Assembly: GCA_951406725.2 (NCBI GenBank)
Contig: OX597815.1
Location: forward strand, 103,292,001-103,356,000
DNA length: 64,000 nucleotides
Source: Octopus vulgaris
Taxonomy: Eukaryota
Direction: 5' to 3'
Positions 27,870 through 42,039 of the stretch are shown piece by piece. How positions within the stretch are numbered: position 1 is the stretch's first letter; every line of letters starts with the position of its first letter. The translations under genes and the position numbers were made by a program. Below the pieces are notes generated by a model, which worked only from the letters and a program-made list of their open reading frames with translations, had not been told where the DNA came from and searched no databases.

Positions 27870-28810
27870 TTCGCCCTCGCATAACCTGACGTAATCCTTT
27901 ATTTTCACTTGATATATTTTGATGTGTAATTGAAACTTCAGCCTCGTATATGACGGAGTTTATCATACACGTCTGGTAAAGCGGGCTAGCTTCAGAATGT
28001 CGATAGTTACAACTGTGAAAGGTCTCTTTTTGATTTTTACGAGTTATAATGTTCTTCATATTAGGGCAACAGGTGTATGGTATTTTAAGTGATCGTCCGT
28101 TGAATATTTTCCTGTATTTATAATATATTGTAAAATGTTTATCTAAAAGAGACAGGAATTTCTTGTTTATGTTAGTCTTAACATTTAGGAAGAAAGAAGG
28201 GTCGAACCAAATTATTTTCTATGGTCTATGTTTGGTATATTTTTACGATCCATATTTAAAAATAGTTTGAAGCCGCTGTTACCTAGGACATACTTATAGT
28301 AGGGGTATGCCTTGTCAAATATTTGTTTAGAAGACGCTAGATCTTATTGCTAATGTTAGCTATCAGGTTTTTGAAGATTATAGGGATATTACAGGACTGT
28401 TTATGTATGTATGAGAATTTCTAGTTTGGCTTATGATACGGCTTAGAAGAATTGTATTTGAATTGCTCGATCTAAGAAGAATGTGAGATCTTTCTGCTAC
28501 GCATAAGCTGATCATTTCTTAGATCCATTAACTCTATATGAGTAGCGATGGTCGGCCCTATAGAAAGCTTTAGATTAATCTAAATTGATTAGGGCCCCAC
28601 CGATAACAGATTTGCTATCCATGAGATTCGCAAACATCTGAGCTTCTACGACCAAAGTGTCCTCGACAAGCGCCAACTTCTTTTCTTACAACTTTACCAA
28701 TATTTTAAACTCAATATTTCTCGTATTTTAGTTGCTGTTATTGGACTTTTACAGCACCTAGCCTATTCTTCCGAGAGTTGTTGACGATATAGGTAATAAA
28801 GTCCATAATT
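27870..28810 (-). mobile_element. Decayed Penelope-like element (RT thumb plus GIY-YIG start)
   Basis: YKPN..FSYIHKQS; PYTCCPNMKNII...HSCNYRHSEASPLYQTCMINSVIYEAEV (PLE SYSCMPN..CNCR..CPL..C..VIY.A.V motif). Confidence 0.75.
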
Positions 28811-28814
28811 CTTT

Positions 28815-29085
28815 GTGAACTATCGATTTCTCGGAAGCTTTGGGCAAAGTGCTGCTGGAAATCCTCGTACTGCTTGGCACCCCACATTAAGCGCCCATCC
28901 TGATATGTTAAAGAGTTGTGATTTTGTTACCAAGTCATACCTCCATCGGATGACTTTCGTTTCTTTTTGCTTTAACGCACGATCTCTAGTCTTGACAACG
29001 CAGTTTTCGTGTTCCGCATTAGATAAATGATCGAGAGCCATCCTTGCTGCTAATACGTTGTGATATCACTTCTCATTGCCTCTTC
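28815..29085 (-). mobile_element. Possible degenerate RTE-like LINE C-terminus
   Basis: KQKETKVIRWRYDLV...NISGW resembles the RTE GRPxxRWxD..W motif; weak. Confidence 0.3.
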
Positions 29086-29239
29086 TAGTTTACTACCAGC
29101 TCTTTCTCTAGTTTATTTCTCTCTATCACTTTGTGCGGCTCAGTAACGATTCTGTAATAATAATGATAATCCATTCTACTAATAGCACAAGGCCTGAAGT
29201 TCTTGGGGAGAGGTGCCACCTCGCCACTGTCGAAGATTA

Positions 29240-29260
29240 CTATCATTATTATTATTATTA

Positions 29261-29344
<84 letters not shown>
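29240..29344. repeat. (TTA)n microsatellite
   Basis: Directly visible. Confidence 0.97.
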
Positions 29345-29555
29345 GGGTGGCGACATGGCAGAACAGTAGCACACTGGTCAAAATACTTAGCGTTATTTCA
29401 TCTGTTTTCAAATTCTGTCGAGGTCCACTTTCCTTTTTATCCTTTCGGGGTTGATAAAATAAGTACCAGTTAAGCAGTCGGGTCGATGTAATAGACTAAC
29501 CATCTCCTCAATAAATTTCAGGTCCAGTGCCTGCAGTAGAAAGAACTATTATTAT
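29345..29555 (+). mobile_element. tRNA-derived SINE family B
   Basis: ggcgacatggcagaacagtagcac...gaggtccactttcctttttatcctttcggggttgataaaataagtaccag; homologous to 39005, 40010 and 50283. Confidence 0.85.
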
Positions 29556-30239
29556 TATCTTGCATTTGAAAACTGTTTAAATATAAGAATAACATATTTA
29601 ATGTGAGAATTTCCAGAAGTATAAAAAATACGTAATAAGGGATAACAAGAAACTGCTCTACCCACAAATTATAAACTTGGTGCCTGCTTGTCTTGCAACA
29701 ATAAATAGAAACATTAATTGAGGTAATTATTTCAGAACTCCGTTATTTTACGTATCTTAATTTTTTTTTTTTTTGTTTTGTTGCAAAAATTTATATCTTT
29801 ATAACATTGTTTCATTACATTAATGATGTTGGTCCTTCTCTCATTCCAGGACTGACTAGGGCTAAAAGAGTTTGCCTCAAAATTTTCCATCGCAAGATGG
29901 GAATTTTCCTAAAAATGAAAAAAAAAAACATTAATAAGGAATAAATGTTATCCTACTATATAGAATTGTGAAAACACGAAAGTGTATAATAATAGTATCA
30001 AACTGTGGACAATAGAGCAACGGATAGATGTTGCCGAGCTTCAAGCGACAAAACCATTCCCGTTTCAGCAATGGCTACTACATATACGTCCAGTGATTTG
30101 ATCTCGTTGAGTAAGTTACTGTACTTCCAAGCCGACCCTAGATAACGTACATTGATACATCATACTGTGAGTGCCACTATATTTATTGGAGAAAATAAAG
30201 GGAGAGATCACTCACGTACATCACTTTGAATTGCGTATG

Positions 30240-31020
30240 GTTTGTGTCCCTTTCAGGTAGGTTTCCCTTGAAATGCTCTTCTAATAAAGTTGTATATACT
30301 GATTTTCTGAAATATTCCACGTTCCCTGGGGAGTTGTTGAGGAGGACGTGCTAGATTTGACTTGATGTTTTTATTAGGAATCTCACTTTAGGTGTTTTGA
30401 ATTCTCCCCATTCTGTTTTTATTTCGTGTTTGTGATGCTTTCATACGTAGCCCATTAACTCCTTGTTGTTCTTGTTCTTCTTTATCACTGTTTTGAACAT
30501 GTGGGCTTCGTTCTTTCTTTTGATGATTTCGTTGTTCTGTATTTGTGTTTATGTGTTTTCTTGTTACGTTTGTGCGTTTTGTTATTCTTGTTGAGTGTGT
30601 GTATATTTTCATGTAATTATTGCTTTGTGGTTTGTTGTTTTTGCTGTTCTTGCTGTTGTTTCGGTGCATGTTCGGTGCATGTGTGTCAATTTCGGGTGTT
30701 TTGTGGTGTGTCCTATAGTCTTGAATATTTTGTGATGGATTTTCGACATTTTGCCCTTTGTTTTCGGGCCTTTCTGGTGGCCACCTGCTACCCTCTGAGT
30801 CCCACCACTGTTTAATTCATTATTTATGATGATTCAGCAGAGAAAGGTGGAAGCTCATTTGGTTTTTGCACTCTATTTGAAGTTCCTGTTGTTGGTGGTG
30901 AAGTTGTTGATTTTGTTCCTGTGGCTTGTACAATAAATAAGTTTTAGTTAATTGGAACGGGAACAGAACACATTCTGGTGATTTGTGCTTCCACACGTGT
31001 AATACTTGAACTTCCTGCCG
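30240..31020 (-). mobile_element. Tx1/L1-like ORF1 fragment (zinc knuckle plus low-complexity tail)
   Basis: YYTCGSTNHQNVFC (CCHC knuckle with first C to Y), followed by T/K/N-rich sequence. Confidence 0.5.
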
Positions 31021-31029
31021 TACTTGAAC

Positions 31030-31500
31030 TTCATATCGTACGCCTTACGATAATCGACCCATGACATAGCTAAGTTAGTTTTCCTTCTTTTGCAGTCTCT
31101 AAGTACAGTTTTTGCTACCTCTGCACTTACGCTTGCAACCATTCTACTCATGTGGCAGGAATCCATTCTTTCCCCAGATGTCCATACATTGTGGCTATTG
31201 CAAATTTCCTCATAAGTGGTATACAGGATATCGGCCTGTAATGGTCTACCGTATTGCTTTTTCCGATGTTCTACCCATTGTCAACCACATTGGTGTTACT
31301 TGATCGGCATTAAACAAGGTGCTGAGTTGTGCAGCTATTCATACATGACGTTCACCAAAACTTTTGATCCCGTAGCATTGAACTCCCGCTGTTCCCAGGG
31401 CCTTACAGTTACCAATTTTTTTCTTTTGCTGATTGCTTTCACTTCCCTAACTGAAATGGCTAGTAGTTCTGCCTGTTTTGGACAGACTACTGTTTGTTTC
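31030..31500 (-). mobile_element. R4/Dong-type LINE RT fragment
   Basis: KTVLRDCKRRKTNLAMSWVDYRKAYDM (RT domain-3 motif typical of R4/Dong). Confidence 0.8.
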
Positions 31501-31879
31501 AGTTCTAACGCAAGCATCACCACTACCAACTACAACAGCACAACAATGAACAACAAGGAAATCAAGAACTACAATATCAAAACCGCCGGCAGCAACAGTA
31601 ATAAAAAGAATAACAATAAAAGCAAAAAGCAAAAAAAAATATAAAAAATACAACTATCACAAACAATAATAACAACGACGACGATGATAACATCAAAAGC
31701 AACCAACAGCAAATCCGAAGCAACCTCAAACCCAGGACTACTATTTACTACTGTAAATCAAATGTAGATTAATATAGTGTTGGAAGGCAACAAGGACATC
31801 AGCCTGAAGCATCGGCCCTGATTAACCAAACCGAATCTGATCGTACTTTCGCAGGAAGAAAAATAAAAAAAAAGACGCT

Positions 31880-32460
31880 CGTGTATCAGCAAGAAAAAAG
31901 TAGAAAGATCGAAAATCCAAGTCAAACACTTGCTGAAAAATGCTTAAAGTGGGTGTGGGGATCAGTGTTCTATCTAAGAAGAAATAAACTACTAAGGATG
32001 GTAAAAGTATTCTGCTCTAAGAAAGAAGAGGCTATGAAAATAGTCAAGGTTACCTGCTCCTCTGAGAATATCCTCATACCGTACTAATTAGGAAGACTAA
32101 GCAATAATCCTCCGGAAATAAACTTCAATTACTTTAGAATAATGTTGGAAGAGTACGGGGATATTATGACTATGAGAGACACCCGGCACCAAAAGTGGGC
32201 TGAAATAAAAGTTGAATTTCAAATGCGGCTCATGCAAGAAAATTTACAACAAAATTCCCCGAGCTCATTCGGTTGGAATATGTATAAACATATTTGATAT
32301 TGCATTGAATGTTAAGCGATTTCTTGGAAAACGTATGGTGATGTAGAGGACGGAACTGACGGCATATGAAAGAAGTTTAGGGACAATAGAAATCAGGAGA
32401 GGTATCTTCTAAGGGGACTGCCTGTCCCTACTGATCTTTATACTGAGCATCATACTACTA
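31880..32460 (+). mobile_element. Tx1/L1-like ORF1 N-terminal fragment
   Basis: AEKCLKWVWGSVFYLRR...KEEAMK...NILIPY*LGR..NPPEI...LEEYGDI; homologous by eye to the ORF at 17148. Confidence 0.55.
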
Positions 32461-32499
32461 ACACTGATTCTGAGGAAACCAAAAGCTGGGAATGTATTC

Positions 32500-33247
32500 A
32501 AAAGCCGCCAACAAAAAGTTAACTACTTATTGTTCATGGTTGACCTCAAACTTTATGGTAAAGATGAATCCTAAGTCAGTTGCTTAGTTGATACTGTGTA
32601 TACTGTCAGTGCTGATATCACAATGGAGTTCGGACTGTAAAAGTTTGGTGTGTTAGTATTGAAGAGAGGCAACATCAAATGTATGGACGAGTTATGAAGC
32701 AGATATTACAACATAGTATGATTCCCTCTTGTCTAGTTAATGGTGTATCATTCCTACTGCCAAAAAATGAAGAAACAAACGAAACGAAAGAAAAATTATA
32801 GACACATAACCTGCTCAACAACAATGTATAAAATACTAACATCTGTCTTGACTAAATATACCTATAGTTTTTTTAAAAGAAAAATGAGTAAAAAGGATGT
32901 AAACATGGGTCTTATCTTTGCAATGATCAGCTACCCATCAATAAGATGATCTTGGAAAATGGTCACAAACGACACAAAAACTTGTCGATAGCCTGAGTAG
33001 ATTATAAAAGTAACTTTTGATAGGCTACCACATAGCTGCATTAAGAAATGTCTGAAAACGTATAGAATAGCACCTACTCTCCAAAGCTTCTTGTCTATAA
33101 ATAGATCATGGAGAACCACGGTGACTTTCAACAGTGACAATGAATATCTCAATGCTTTAGATGTAAGAATTTCATGTGGCATTTTCCAGAGTGACTCTCT
33201 ATCACTACTCCTCTTTTGTCTAGCTTTCATACCTCTCTCAACAATAC

Positions 33248-33341
<94 letters not shown>

Positions 33342-33590
33342 TTTACTGATGCAGAAAATAGTAAAAAAATTGACACATACCCAGGGGTATTTCAATGTGA
33401 TGGGATCAAGCATTCCATGATGAGAGAAAGGATCAGAAGAGAATATTACTGCAGGGTAAGGGCAATACCCAAGAGAGAGCTGAATTCACGAAACAGGATC
33501 GAAGTGACCAATACTTTAGCCATACTGGTCATGACTTAACAGTTTCAATATCATTAACTGGTCAATTACTGAAATATGTAATCTTGGCAG
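32500..33590 (+). mobile_element. R4/Dong-type LINE RT fragments (decayed, interrupted by a TA tract)
   Basis: VDLKLYGKDE..MEFGL; LLPKNEET / NYRHITC..MYKILT; GIFQSDSLS.LLFCLA; MRERIRREYYCRVRAI..ELNSRN. Confidence 0.8.
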
Positions 33591-35840
33591 ATAGAGATGC
33601 ATCTACTCAATTATTGGTCCATCTCATTTCAAAAGCAATGATAGTTTTCTGCGAAAGCTTCAAACAGCACCAAATCCTGACGTAAATAGATTTAGATGTC
33701 ACCTGTTACAATTCTGTATTAGACCAATCTTTTCTACGTTTTCCTCTATATTTACTATATATAATTCGCTGAGGCTTGATAGTAGTCACAACATTTCCTT
33801 GGTTGTTGCTCTCATAAGAGAGCATGTCATATTATTTATTATTTGCAAAAGTAATAGAACAAACTTTTCGTACATCTGACGCGGAATTATTCAATTATTC
33901 AATAATAATATGTAGTACATACAACAAAAGTACCATGTACTACACTCTTCACTCATTAGTGAAGAAATTTTTATACCATAAATAATCTCATTTGCATGGT
34001 ATATATTTGATGTTAAAGAAAATATATGTTTCATTTATATATTCGTCATTCTTATATATTTAATATTAACATGAAAAACGTGTCTATAACATGGTGTGTG
34101 AAACGTATTTTTATTTACCTCTACATTAACACATAAACATTACCACATGCATTTCCGTAACTAGAATTGGTTATGTTTTAAGTATTAAGTGCAGGCCATT
34201 TAAACGAAATTACATGCTCAAGTACATATATATATATATATATACATACTTACTTACACACACATACACACGCACCCACACATACATACATACACATTTA
34301 TATACATATATGTGGGTGTCAGTACATATGAGTAAATGTACGTATTTATGTATGTATTAACATGTGTGTGTGTGTGTTGATCGATACAGATATACATAGC
34401 TATACATGCATTTGTATGCACATAAGTGTGTGTGTATATGTGTATGTGTGCCTGTGTGCGTGCGCGTATGTATGTGCGTTTATATATGTATATATGTATG
34501 ATGTATGCAATATATGTGTATTTGTCTGTGAATCAAATATATTTTATTGAGAAGTATACAAGGTGAAATTAAATCACTTAAATACTAATGCTTTTAATAG
34601 ATGAGATATTATGATTTTTTTGCAGATTGTTATTTATCGTAATATAAATCTCACATAACTATGCGTAGTTTTTAGCATGTTGTATCTCGATTTACTCAAG
34701 AAAATATCGTAAAAGTCACATTATTTATGCCGTTATGGGATTTACTGGAATGTCACTGCGTTTGTGCGACGAGTAGTAAATTAATAGCCAAAAATTATCC
34801 GCAGAGACAGAAAAATGTATTATACAAAATGTTCAGTTAAATGAGATTCTTCTATGCAAACTAGGTATTGGGCTATATCAAGAAATTCGTAATGAAATAA
34901 ATCATACTATTTGGGATTAAAAACAACTGTACTGGATTAAAACATTAAATTCGGGAGAGAAATCATACAAGTAAAACTAGGAAGAATATCATTTACACTG
35001 GGCTTGAAAAAAATGAAATAATACTGAGCTCACAAAATTATAAGGACTGAAAATGACAGCACAGTATAAATTTTACAATCCTATTGAACATGTCAGTAAG
35101 TGAAGTGAAGATAATTCTTTGCAAGAAGAAAACACTTCCTCGTTTGATGGCCAAAAGCGCTCAAACAGCTTGAATCACGCAGACATGATTAAAGGATAAA
35201 TTCGGTGACCGTCAGCACTCCTTTCAACCATAAAGAGTCTCGATCTACATAAGGTCATTTAGTCTTCAACTTTTGCTTCACATTAGTGCGTAGATGTGTA
35301 TATTATGACCTGCAGCGAAGGTATCGTATAAAGCTCTTGATTCCCTTCACCGTTTACTATACCAATTAACAAAATACTTGAAAATATTTTACATGTTAAG
35401 TCCCATTAGGAATATTATTTTGTCAAAATGAGACAAATAGTTGGCTTCCTTACATCGACATCATTATCCTGAAGAAATATTAAGAGATATATTCATAAAG
35501 GGTATATGAAATACGATTAAAAATAACCATTCACATTTTGAATAAGTATAGACATTCTTCCTTGATTCATATATTGGTGCAATGAAATTATTAATATTCA
35601 AAATAATCTAGATATCTTAAATCAATATTTCCACTCTTAAAGCAGAGGGATAGCTTACAATTTATTATTTAGATTTACATAAAGATTATTTTATAATTTG
35701 TGAAGATTGTAGAAAAAGATACGAAAAAAATATATATTAATTTAATTGCTAATACACACACATATACGTTTGCATGTATGTATGTATGTATGTATGTATG
35801 TATGTATGTATGTATGTATGTATGTATGTATGTATGTATG

Positions 35841-35880
<40 letters not shown>

Positions 35881-36354
35881 CATGCATACATACATACATA
35901 TATGCATACACACACGCGCACACACACACATATATATATAAAAGATTTATTGATACAGAAAATAGTCAAAAATAGACACAACTATTTATTAAATGATATA
36001 GGATGTTCTAATTGCACTCGTTGGTACAGAAACTCTTCCTTACTAATGTACACTCTATCTCAGGTGATGCATTTGCGGCTGAGGAGAACTTATTCAGGTA
36101 TGGCCACTTCTTCAAAGAAATTTTCACCGCTTTTCTATCATCAAGACATTGACACTAAAATCTGCCCTTCATTTTCATATCAGAGAATTTGACATCATTC
36201 GCCGTCTCTTCTCTATGTTTGCCACATTTCACCTTGAACATTGCTTTCTCACCGATGTCGTCATAAGATAAGCAAGTCATTATGAGAATAGAAGTAATCC
36301 ATAGTTAAATCACAATAACAAGAGCAACAACAACAACAACAACAACAACAATAA

Positions 36355-36407
<53 letters not shown>

Positions 36408-36426
36408 ATAATATTAATAATAATAG

Positions 36427-37087
36427 TGGACCATCTAATCTCTGGATGTAAAGTCTTAGCACCAGTGGAGTATAAATTAAGACATGACAGAGTTGGCCAA
36501 TATCTACACTGGCTAATAAGTCGGCATTACAATATCAAAACTGCCGACAAGTGGTATAATCACCACCCTGAGGCTGTAACTGAAGGAGAAAATGTAATCA
36601 TTCTGTGGGACTTTCCAGTACATACAGACCGAACCATCAAGGCCAATAAACCAGATATTGTTGTGAAAGACCAAAACAATAAAGTTTGCTTATTGATCGA
36701 CATGAGCATCCCCTGTGATCATAATATCTCAGCGAAAGAGTTTGACAAGCTCAGAAAATATAAAGACCTACTCATTGAAATTGAGAAAATGTGGCATCTC
36801 AAGGCGGTTACAATACCAGTGATCGTAGGAGCACTAGGAATGATCAAGAAGGGAACCGAAAATTATATGAGAATGATCCCTGGCTTACCATCCCTGCAAG
36901 AAGTGCAAAAGATTGTCTTAACTGGTACATCACATGTATTGAGAAGAGCATTGTCGATGTGAGAATTGTTGCTGCTCATGTATTTTAATTTAACTTAAAA
37001 AAAAAAAATGAACGAACTATTGAGTTTGGTTTAATGGCCTACCAATGTATACTATGAGTTTCTTTGCCCTAGGAGTCGGGAAGACAT
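36427..37087 (+). mobile_element. R4/Dong-type RLE LINE 3' fragment, unit 1 (uninterrupted 178-aa frame 36426-36962)
   Basis: HLISGC...RHDRVG..LHW...ILWDFPVHTDRTIKANKPDIVV...LIDMSIP...KLRKYKDL...PVIVGALG: end of CCHC, RHD and PD-(D/E)xK restriction-like endonuclease. Confidence 0.95.
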
Positions 37088-37670
37088 TCACAGACATGAC
37101 AGAGTTGGAACCTACATACACTGGAAGCTATGCCAACATTATGGAATAACAACAGAAAAAAGATGGTATAGGCACACACCAGAAAAGGTTACAGAAAACG
37201 AGAAAGCAACCATACTCTGGGATATGCCGATACACACAGATAGAGAAATTAAGGCCAACAGACCAGATATAGTTGTCAGAGATCATGAAGAAAAAAATGC
37301 TTTCTAATTGATGTATCAATACCGGCAGATGACAACGTGTCTCTAAAAGAAATGGAGAAACTCTCAAAATACAAAGACCTGGAAATAGAGGTAACTAGAA
37401 TGTGGAATCTGAAAACAGAAACAATTCCTATCATAGTAGGTGCATTAGGCATGATAAAAAAATATTCAGACAAATACATAACAAAAACACCAGGACTTAC
37501 AAACACATATATCATACAGAAAATTGCACTACTAGGCACTGCACACATCCTACGCAGAGCACTTTCCATACAATATCCATCAGAGCATCACAACAAATCA
37601 CAGCACATACCCAAGGCACACAGAGCTGCGCTCGGTAGTGAAGTGAAAGCACGCTATAAAAATAAAACTA

Positions 37671-37748
<78 letters not shown>
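37088..37748 (+). mobile_element. R4/Dong-type RLE LINE 3' fragment, unit 2 (different subfamily) with (TAA)n tail
   Basis: RHDRVGTYIHW...ILWDMPIHTDREIKANRPDIVV (frameshift) LIDVSIP...KLSKYKDL...PIIVGALG; (TAA)n at 37675-37748. Confidence 0.95.
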
Positions 37749-38387
37749 CCTTTTTACTAAAGGCATTAGGCCTGAAATTTGGGTGGGGAGCAGAGTTAGT
37801 GGGGATCTTTTCTGTTTGGATGCCAATCTTCAATCTCTTCAATTTTTTTTCCAATAGATTTCATATTCGGTGTAATGATATAGTTTTATATGCCAATCAA
37901 TGTCTTGAAATCAATTTTCGTCATAAATCAATAAATAAAAAGTTAATGGCTTTTAAAATTTTCAAAGTTCGGGTAAATTTAGCCAATCGTAAACCACAGA
38001 CACGTTCATGCCTGTCTCCATAGTAAGAGGCCAAGCATGAGAACTATTTTGTCTGCGAGAAAAGACGTGTTGACAAATATTTTCAATTCATTGGTTGGTA
38101 AGATGTGCTAAAACTAAGGGCTAAATCACGCATCCCCATTTTTTTTTTTTTTTTTTTGGCAAAATCGCATGAATTCCTGTGTGCAGAAAACAAATTGACA
38201 AAAGTTTTCTGAAAATTCAAAAAAAAAAATCATGTGGACTTATATGGTGTGCATAAAGCAGAATTCCAAACTTACATTGCATTACAATCTCTGGACACTT
38301 ACGACGCATCTTTTAAAGTTTAATTCAACCAACTTTTATTCAAATTTATTCCGAAAGCTATCGAACATGAATATGCATGAATGTTTG

Positions 38388-38427
<40 letters not shown>

Positions 38428-38454
38428 CTTTATTATTTACAAGTAAATAATAAA

Positions 38455-38817
38455 GCTGGGGCACCGCCTTGAAATTTTCGTCGAACAACTCCAGAAATAA
38501 GCTTTTCAGGCGTGATACTTATTCTATCGGGGTCTTTTGTCGAATTGCTAAGTTATGGGGACGTAAACACACTAACACCAGTCGTCAAACGGTGATGTGG
38601 GGAGAAACACAGACACTAAGACAAACAAACACACGCACAAACATATATATATGTATGTATACGATGAGCTTCTTTGAGTTTCCATCCACCAAATCCGCTC
38701 ATAACGCTTTTGTCAGCCCGAGGCCATAGTTGAAGACACTTGTCCAAGCTGCTACGCAGTAGGACTGAAACCGGAACCATGTGGTTGGGAAGCAAGTTTC
38801 TTACCACACAGCCACCC
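38455..38817 (-). mobile_element. SINE family A
   Basis: Reverse complement ggtggctgtgtggtaagaaacttgcttcccaaccacatggttccggtttcagtcc... Confidence 0.9.
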
Positions 38818-39004
38818 TTATATTTAATGACGCACACGCACGCACACACGCACACACACTCACAATAAAATGTGGTACAAAAGAACGATGAAACTATATT
38901 CAGAAAACAGGAAAACACACACAAAAACACGCTCACCCCACATATGTTATTAATAAAAATCAATACCATTTTGAAGCGTTATTGATAATATTGTTCAATT
39001 TATA

Positions 39005-39095
39005 AGGCGGCGAACTGGCAGCTGTTTAGCGGTATCTCGTCTGTCTTTACGTTCCGAGTTCAAAATCCGCCGAGGTCGACTTTGCCTTTCATCCT
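39005..39095 (+). mobile_element. SINE family B, 5' fragment
   Basis: aaggcggcgaactggcag...gagttcaaaatccgccgaggtcgactttgcctttcatcc. Confidence 0.85.
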
Positions 39096-39099
39096 ATAA

Positions 39100-39990
39100 T
39101 AAATGACATGTATTTATATAAATAGAAGTCCTCCTGGTTTTGCGGGAGAATAAAAGCAGAACATGTGCGAAAGTGAGACTAATAGGAAGAGTGTGGCAGT
39201 TTAGAAAAATATACGCAGAAAAACAAGGTAATTTGCTTGCAAACCATGTGATGGAACTAAATCTAAAATTATAGGCAGAATCTGGAAAAAAAAAATAAAA
39301 CCAAAAACAACTGAGCAAGAAGACGGTCAAGCCAAGAAGGATAATTCGTTGTACAAACAGGATGTTCACGTGGTACTTTTTAAAGATATAAAGAAAGGGT
39401 ATAAGATAGTAGATGGAAAGACAAAGAATGGGAAAGAGAGAAGGGAAGTATAAAGTAAAGAAAGAGTAGGAATGCACGAGTAAGTAGAAAGATATAGACA
39501 AACAGGCACGAAGAAAGACTGAGAGGGGAAAGAGAATAGGTAACAGGATTGACAGACGTTGAAATTAAAAGACATATAAAGTGAATGAGGTGGTCGATTA
39601 TAATCGAGTAAATTAAGGAGGTCCGAAATTGGGGTTGGTGATGTTGTACAAGTTCTCAAGCAACCACATCCGACGCTTTCTGGAGATATGACAAATAAGC
39701 AAAATATGCTGCCACACGTATGGCTTTCCAGCAGTATCTCTCTCCTATTAGGGACTAATCTCAATCTACAGCAGCTTCACATAGCCGCATAAATTCAGCC
39801 TATTACCCAGTTCAAAGAAAATGCGGTGATGAATTCCGACATGCGAATGCACTCAAAATACTTACTGTGTCCCATCATGCTGGTTACGGCTTCGCAGCCT
39901 CTTCCGCTGAATACTGATCAACAGTCACGATGTCAGAATTTTGACACCCGGCACGAATCGCCATAGAACATGTTACGCTTTTTCCAATAT
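39100..39990 (-). mobile_element. Decayed Penelope-like GIY-YIG region plus pyrimidine-rich 3' UTR
   Basis: Remnants RIHHRIF and KPY..CGSIFCL; strong strand asymmetry like the 57-58 kb PLE tail. Confidence 0.45.
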
Positions 39991-40009
39991 TCCGATGTAT
40001 GCAGGTATA

Positions 40010-40225
40010 TGGGCGAGCTGGCGGAAACGTTGGCACGCTGAGCGAAATGCTTAACAGTATTTCGTCTGTCATTGCGGTCTGAGTTCAAATTCCGCCGCGT
40101 TTGACTTTGCCTTTCATCCTTTCGCGGTCAATAAATCAAGTATCAGTTGCGTACTGGGGTCGATCTAATTGACTACCCCCCTCCCCCAACATTTCGGGTC
40201 TTGTGCCTAGTGTAGGAAAGAATAT
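40010..40225 (+). mobile_element. SINE family B
   Basis: ggcgagctggcggaaacgttggcacg...gagttcaaattccgcc...tgcctttcatcctttcg. Confidence 0.9.
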
Positions 40226-40369
40226 TCAGATGGATTCCAGTTCTCCATATCAGATAACTTTTTCTCACTAACACCTTAAATCTTTATGTCCTCGAACGTT
40301 GTTGACTGTTCACCTATGCATCAAGGTGTCCCGTTACAAAGAGAAGTCATAAAAGCCATTTGTGTGTGT

Positions 40370-40401
<32 letters not shown>

Positions 40402-42039
40402 CTGTCTGTCTATCTGATTGTCTAATACAAAATTCCTAACGTAATCCCTCAGCCGAATTTTATTTATAAGATTTATGTTGTTTTGAGGCAGTGTTATATG
40501 GTCTTCGTGTATGTTCTACTGTAGAATCAAACTCGGAATTACATAGTTGCCGCGTAAAATTTTCACAGACAACCAAATAATCATTCTAAATTTTCTTCTT
40601 CAACCTCTACACTCCATAGGTTATTTCAATAGAAATTAGAAATAATGTTATATTCAATCATTACATGTGGAATATAATTTGAACATATATGCACTTGTCT
40701 AACTTTCAGTCACATTTATTATTTTCTAAAAGCAACTATCGATACTGTTATCTCAGATGGATATGGGTGGTGGTTGCAATCTAAACCAAACTGAATATAT
40801 TACGTCAATGAATCAGAGCAGACACGCCTCCTTCCAATCACTACACAAAGGTGTTGTAAATCGAATGTGAGTAAGCTATAATATAAAGAGGAAAATTGCC
40901 CTCAGTCTCACAGTTAATATAATATATCCGATATTTACACGCTTCAGGTCTGTCTCTTTAAGAAATCGAAATTAAACACGTTTACGTTTTCTTCTTTTAT
41001 TAAATGGCAATTGATTGAATAATTTATCATTAGTGAATGAATTATTGCATTAAATGGCTGTAAAAATATTGATTATTTTATACAACCGATAGATGATAGC
41101 AATTTGGTATGGGACCTCTTCATCTGAGAGAAAAAAATACATCATATCGTCTACAAGTATGCGAATTATGTGTGTTTAAGCTTGCAAAGAAAACATTAAA
41201 AAAATCGCTCGTTATCAATTGCAACAATTGATTTAAACCCTGGCATTTCGAAATCTTTCATTTTTAGGTCATTATACGTATTGACTAAACTTGGAAACGG
41301 TATGTCACTGAAGGTATTTCTATAAATGTGGTAGTGATAGAAATAATGAAAATGTTCACACTATGCTTTAATGCAATTTGATAAATAAGTATTAAAAAAA
41401 TTGGTCTATTAATTTATGGCTTGTTTTCAAGGGGTTTTTAGGGTAATCAACAGGAGTTATTTTTTTAAAAAAGTGGTACTATATATATGAGACATTTTAA
41501 CATTAATTTATATAAATATTTGTGTATATGGTGTACCTAAGACCGTAACGCTCTAGTAAGTCATCCCCAGTGACTTAGTCTCTTTAGTTATTGTGTTTTG
41601 GAATGGGGGATGCTGGAAACGAAAATATTCTAACAATTCAATTAAGCATTCCGTCTGCTATGGCCCAATGAAATAAACATTATTCAATGGTTCATAAGTT
41701 CTTTAGAAATATGAATCTCTATCTCTCTCTTTTCTCTCTCTACCTCTCTCGCATTATCTTTCTCTCCTCCTCCCTCTCTTTCTTACTCTTTCTCTTTCTC
41801 TCCCTCTCACCCTCTCCATCTCACCTTTTCTCTTTTTTCGCATAGATATATACATACACGCGCGCGCGCACTCACACACATACGCATATAGGTATAGGCG
41901 TAGGCGTGGCTATGTGGTATGAAGCTTGCATCCCAACCACATGGTGCCAGGTTCAGTCCCACTGCGTCGCACCTTAGGCAAGTGACTTCTGCTATAAATC
42001 ACGGGCTGATGAAAGCCTGAAAGAAGCTTGTCGTATACA

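Noticed and set aside
36000-36290. Further Dong-like fragment on the minus strand (MKGRF, KWPYL)
   Set aside because: Too degenerate to support
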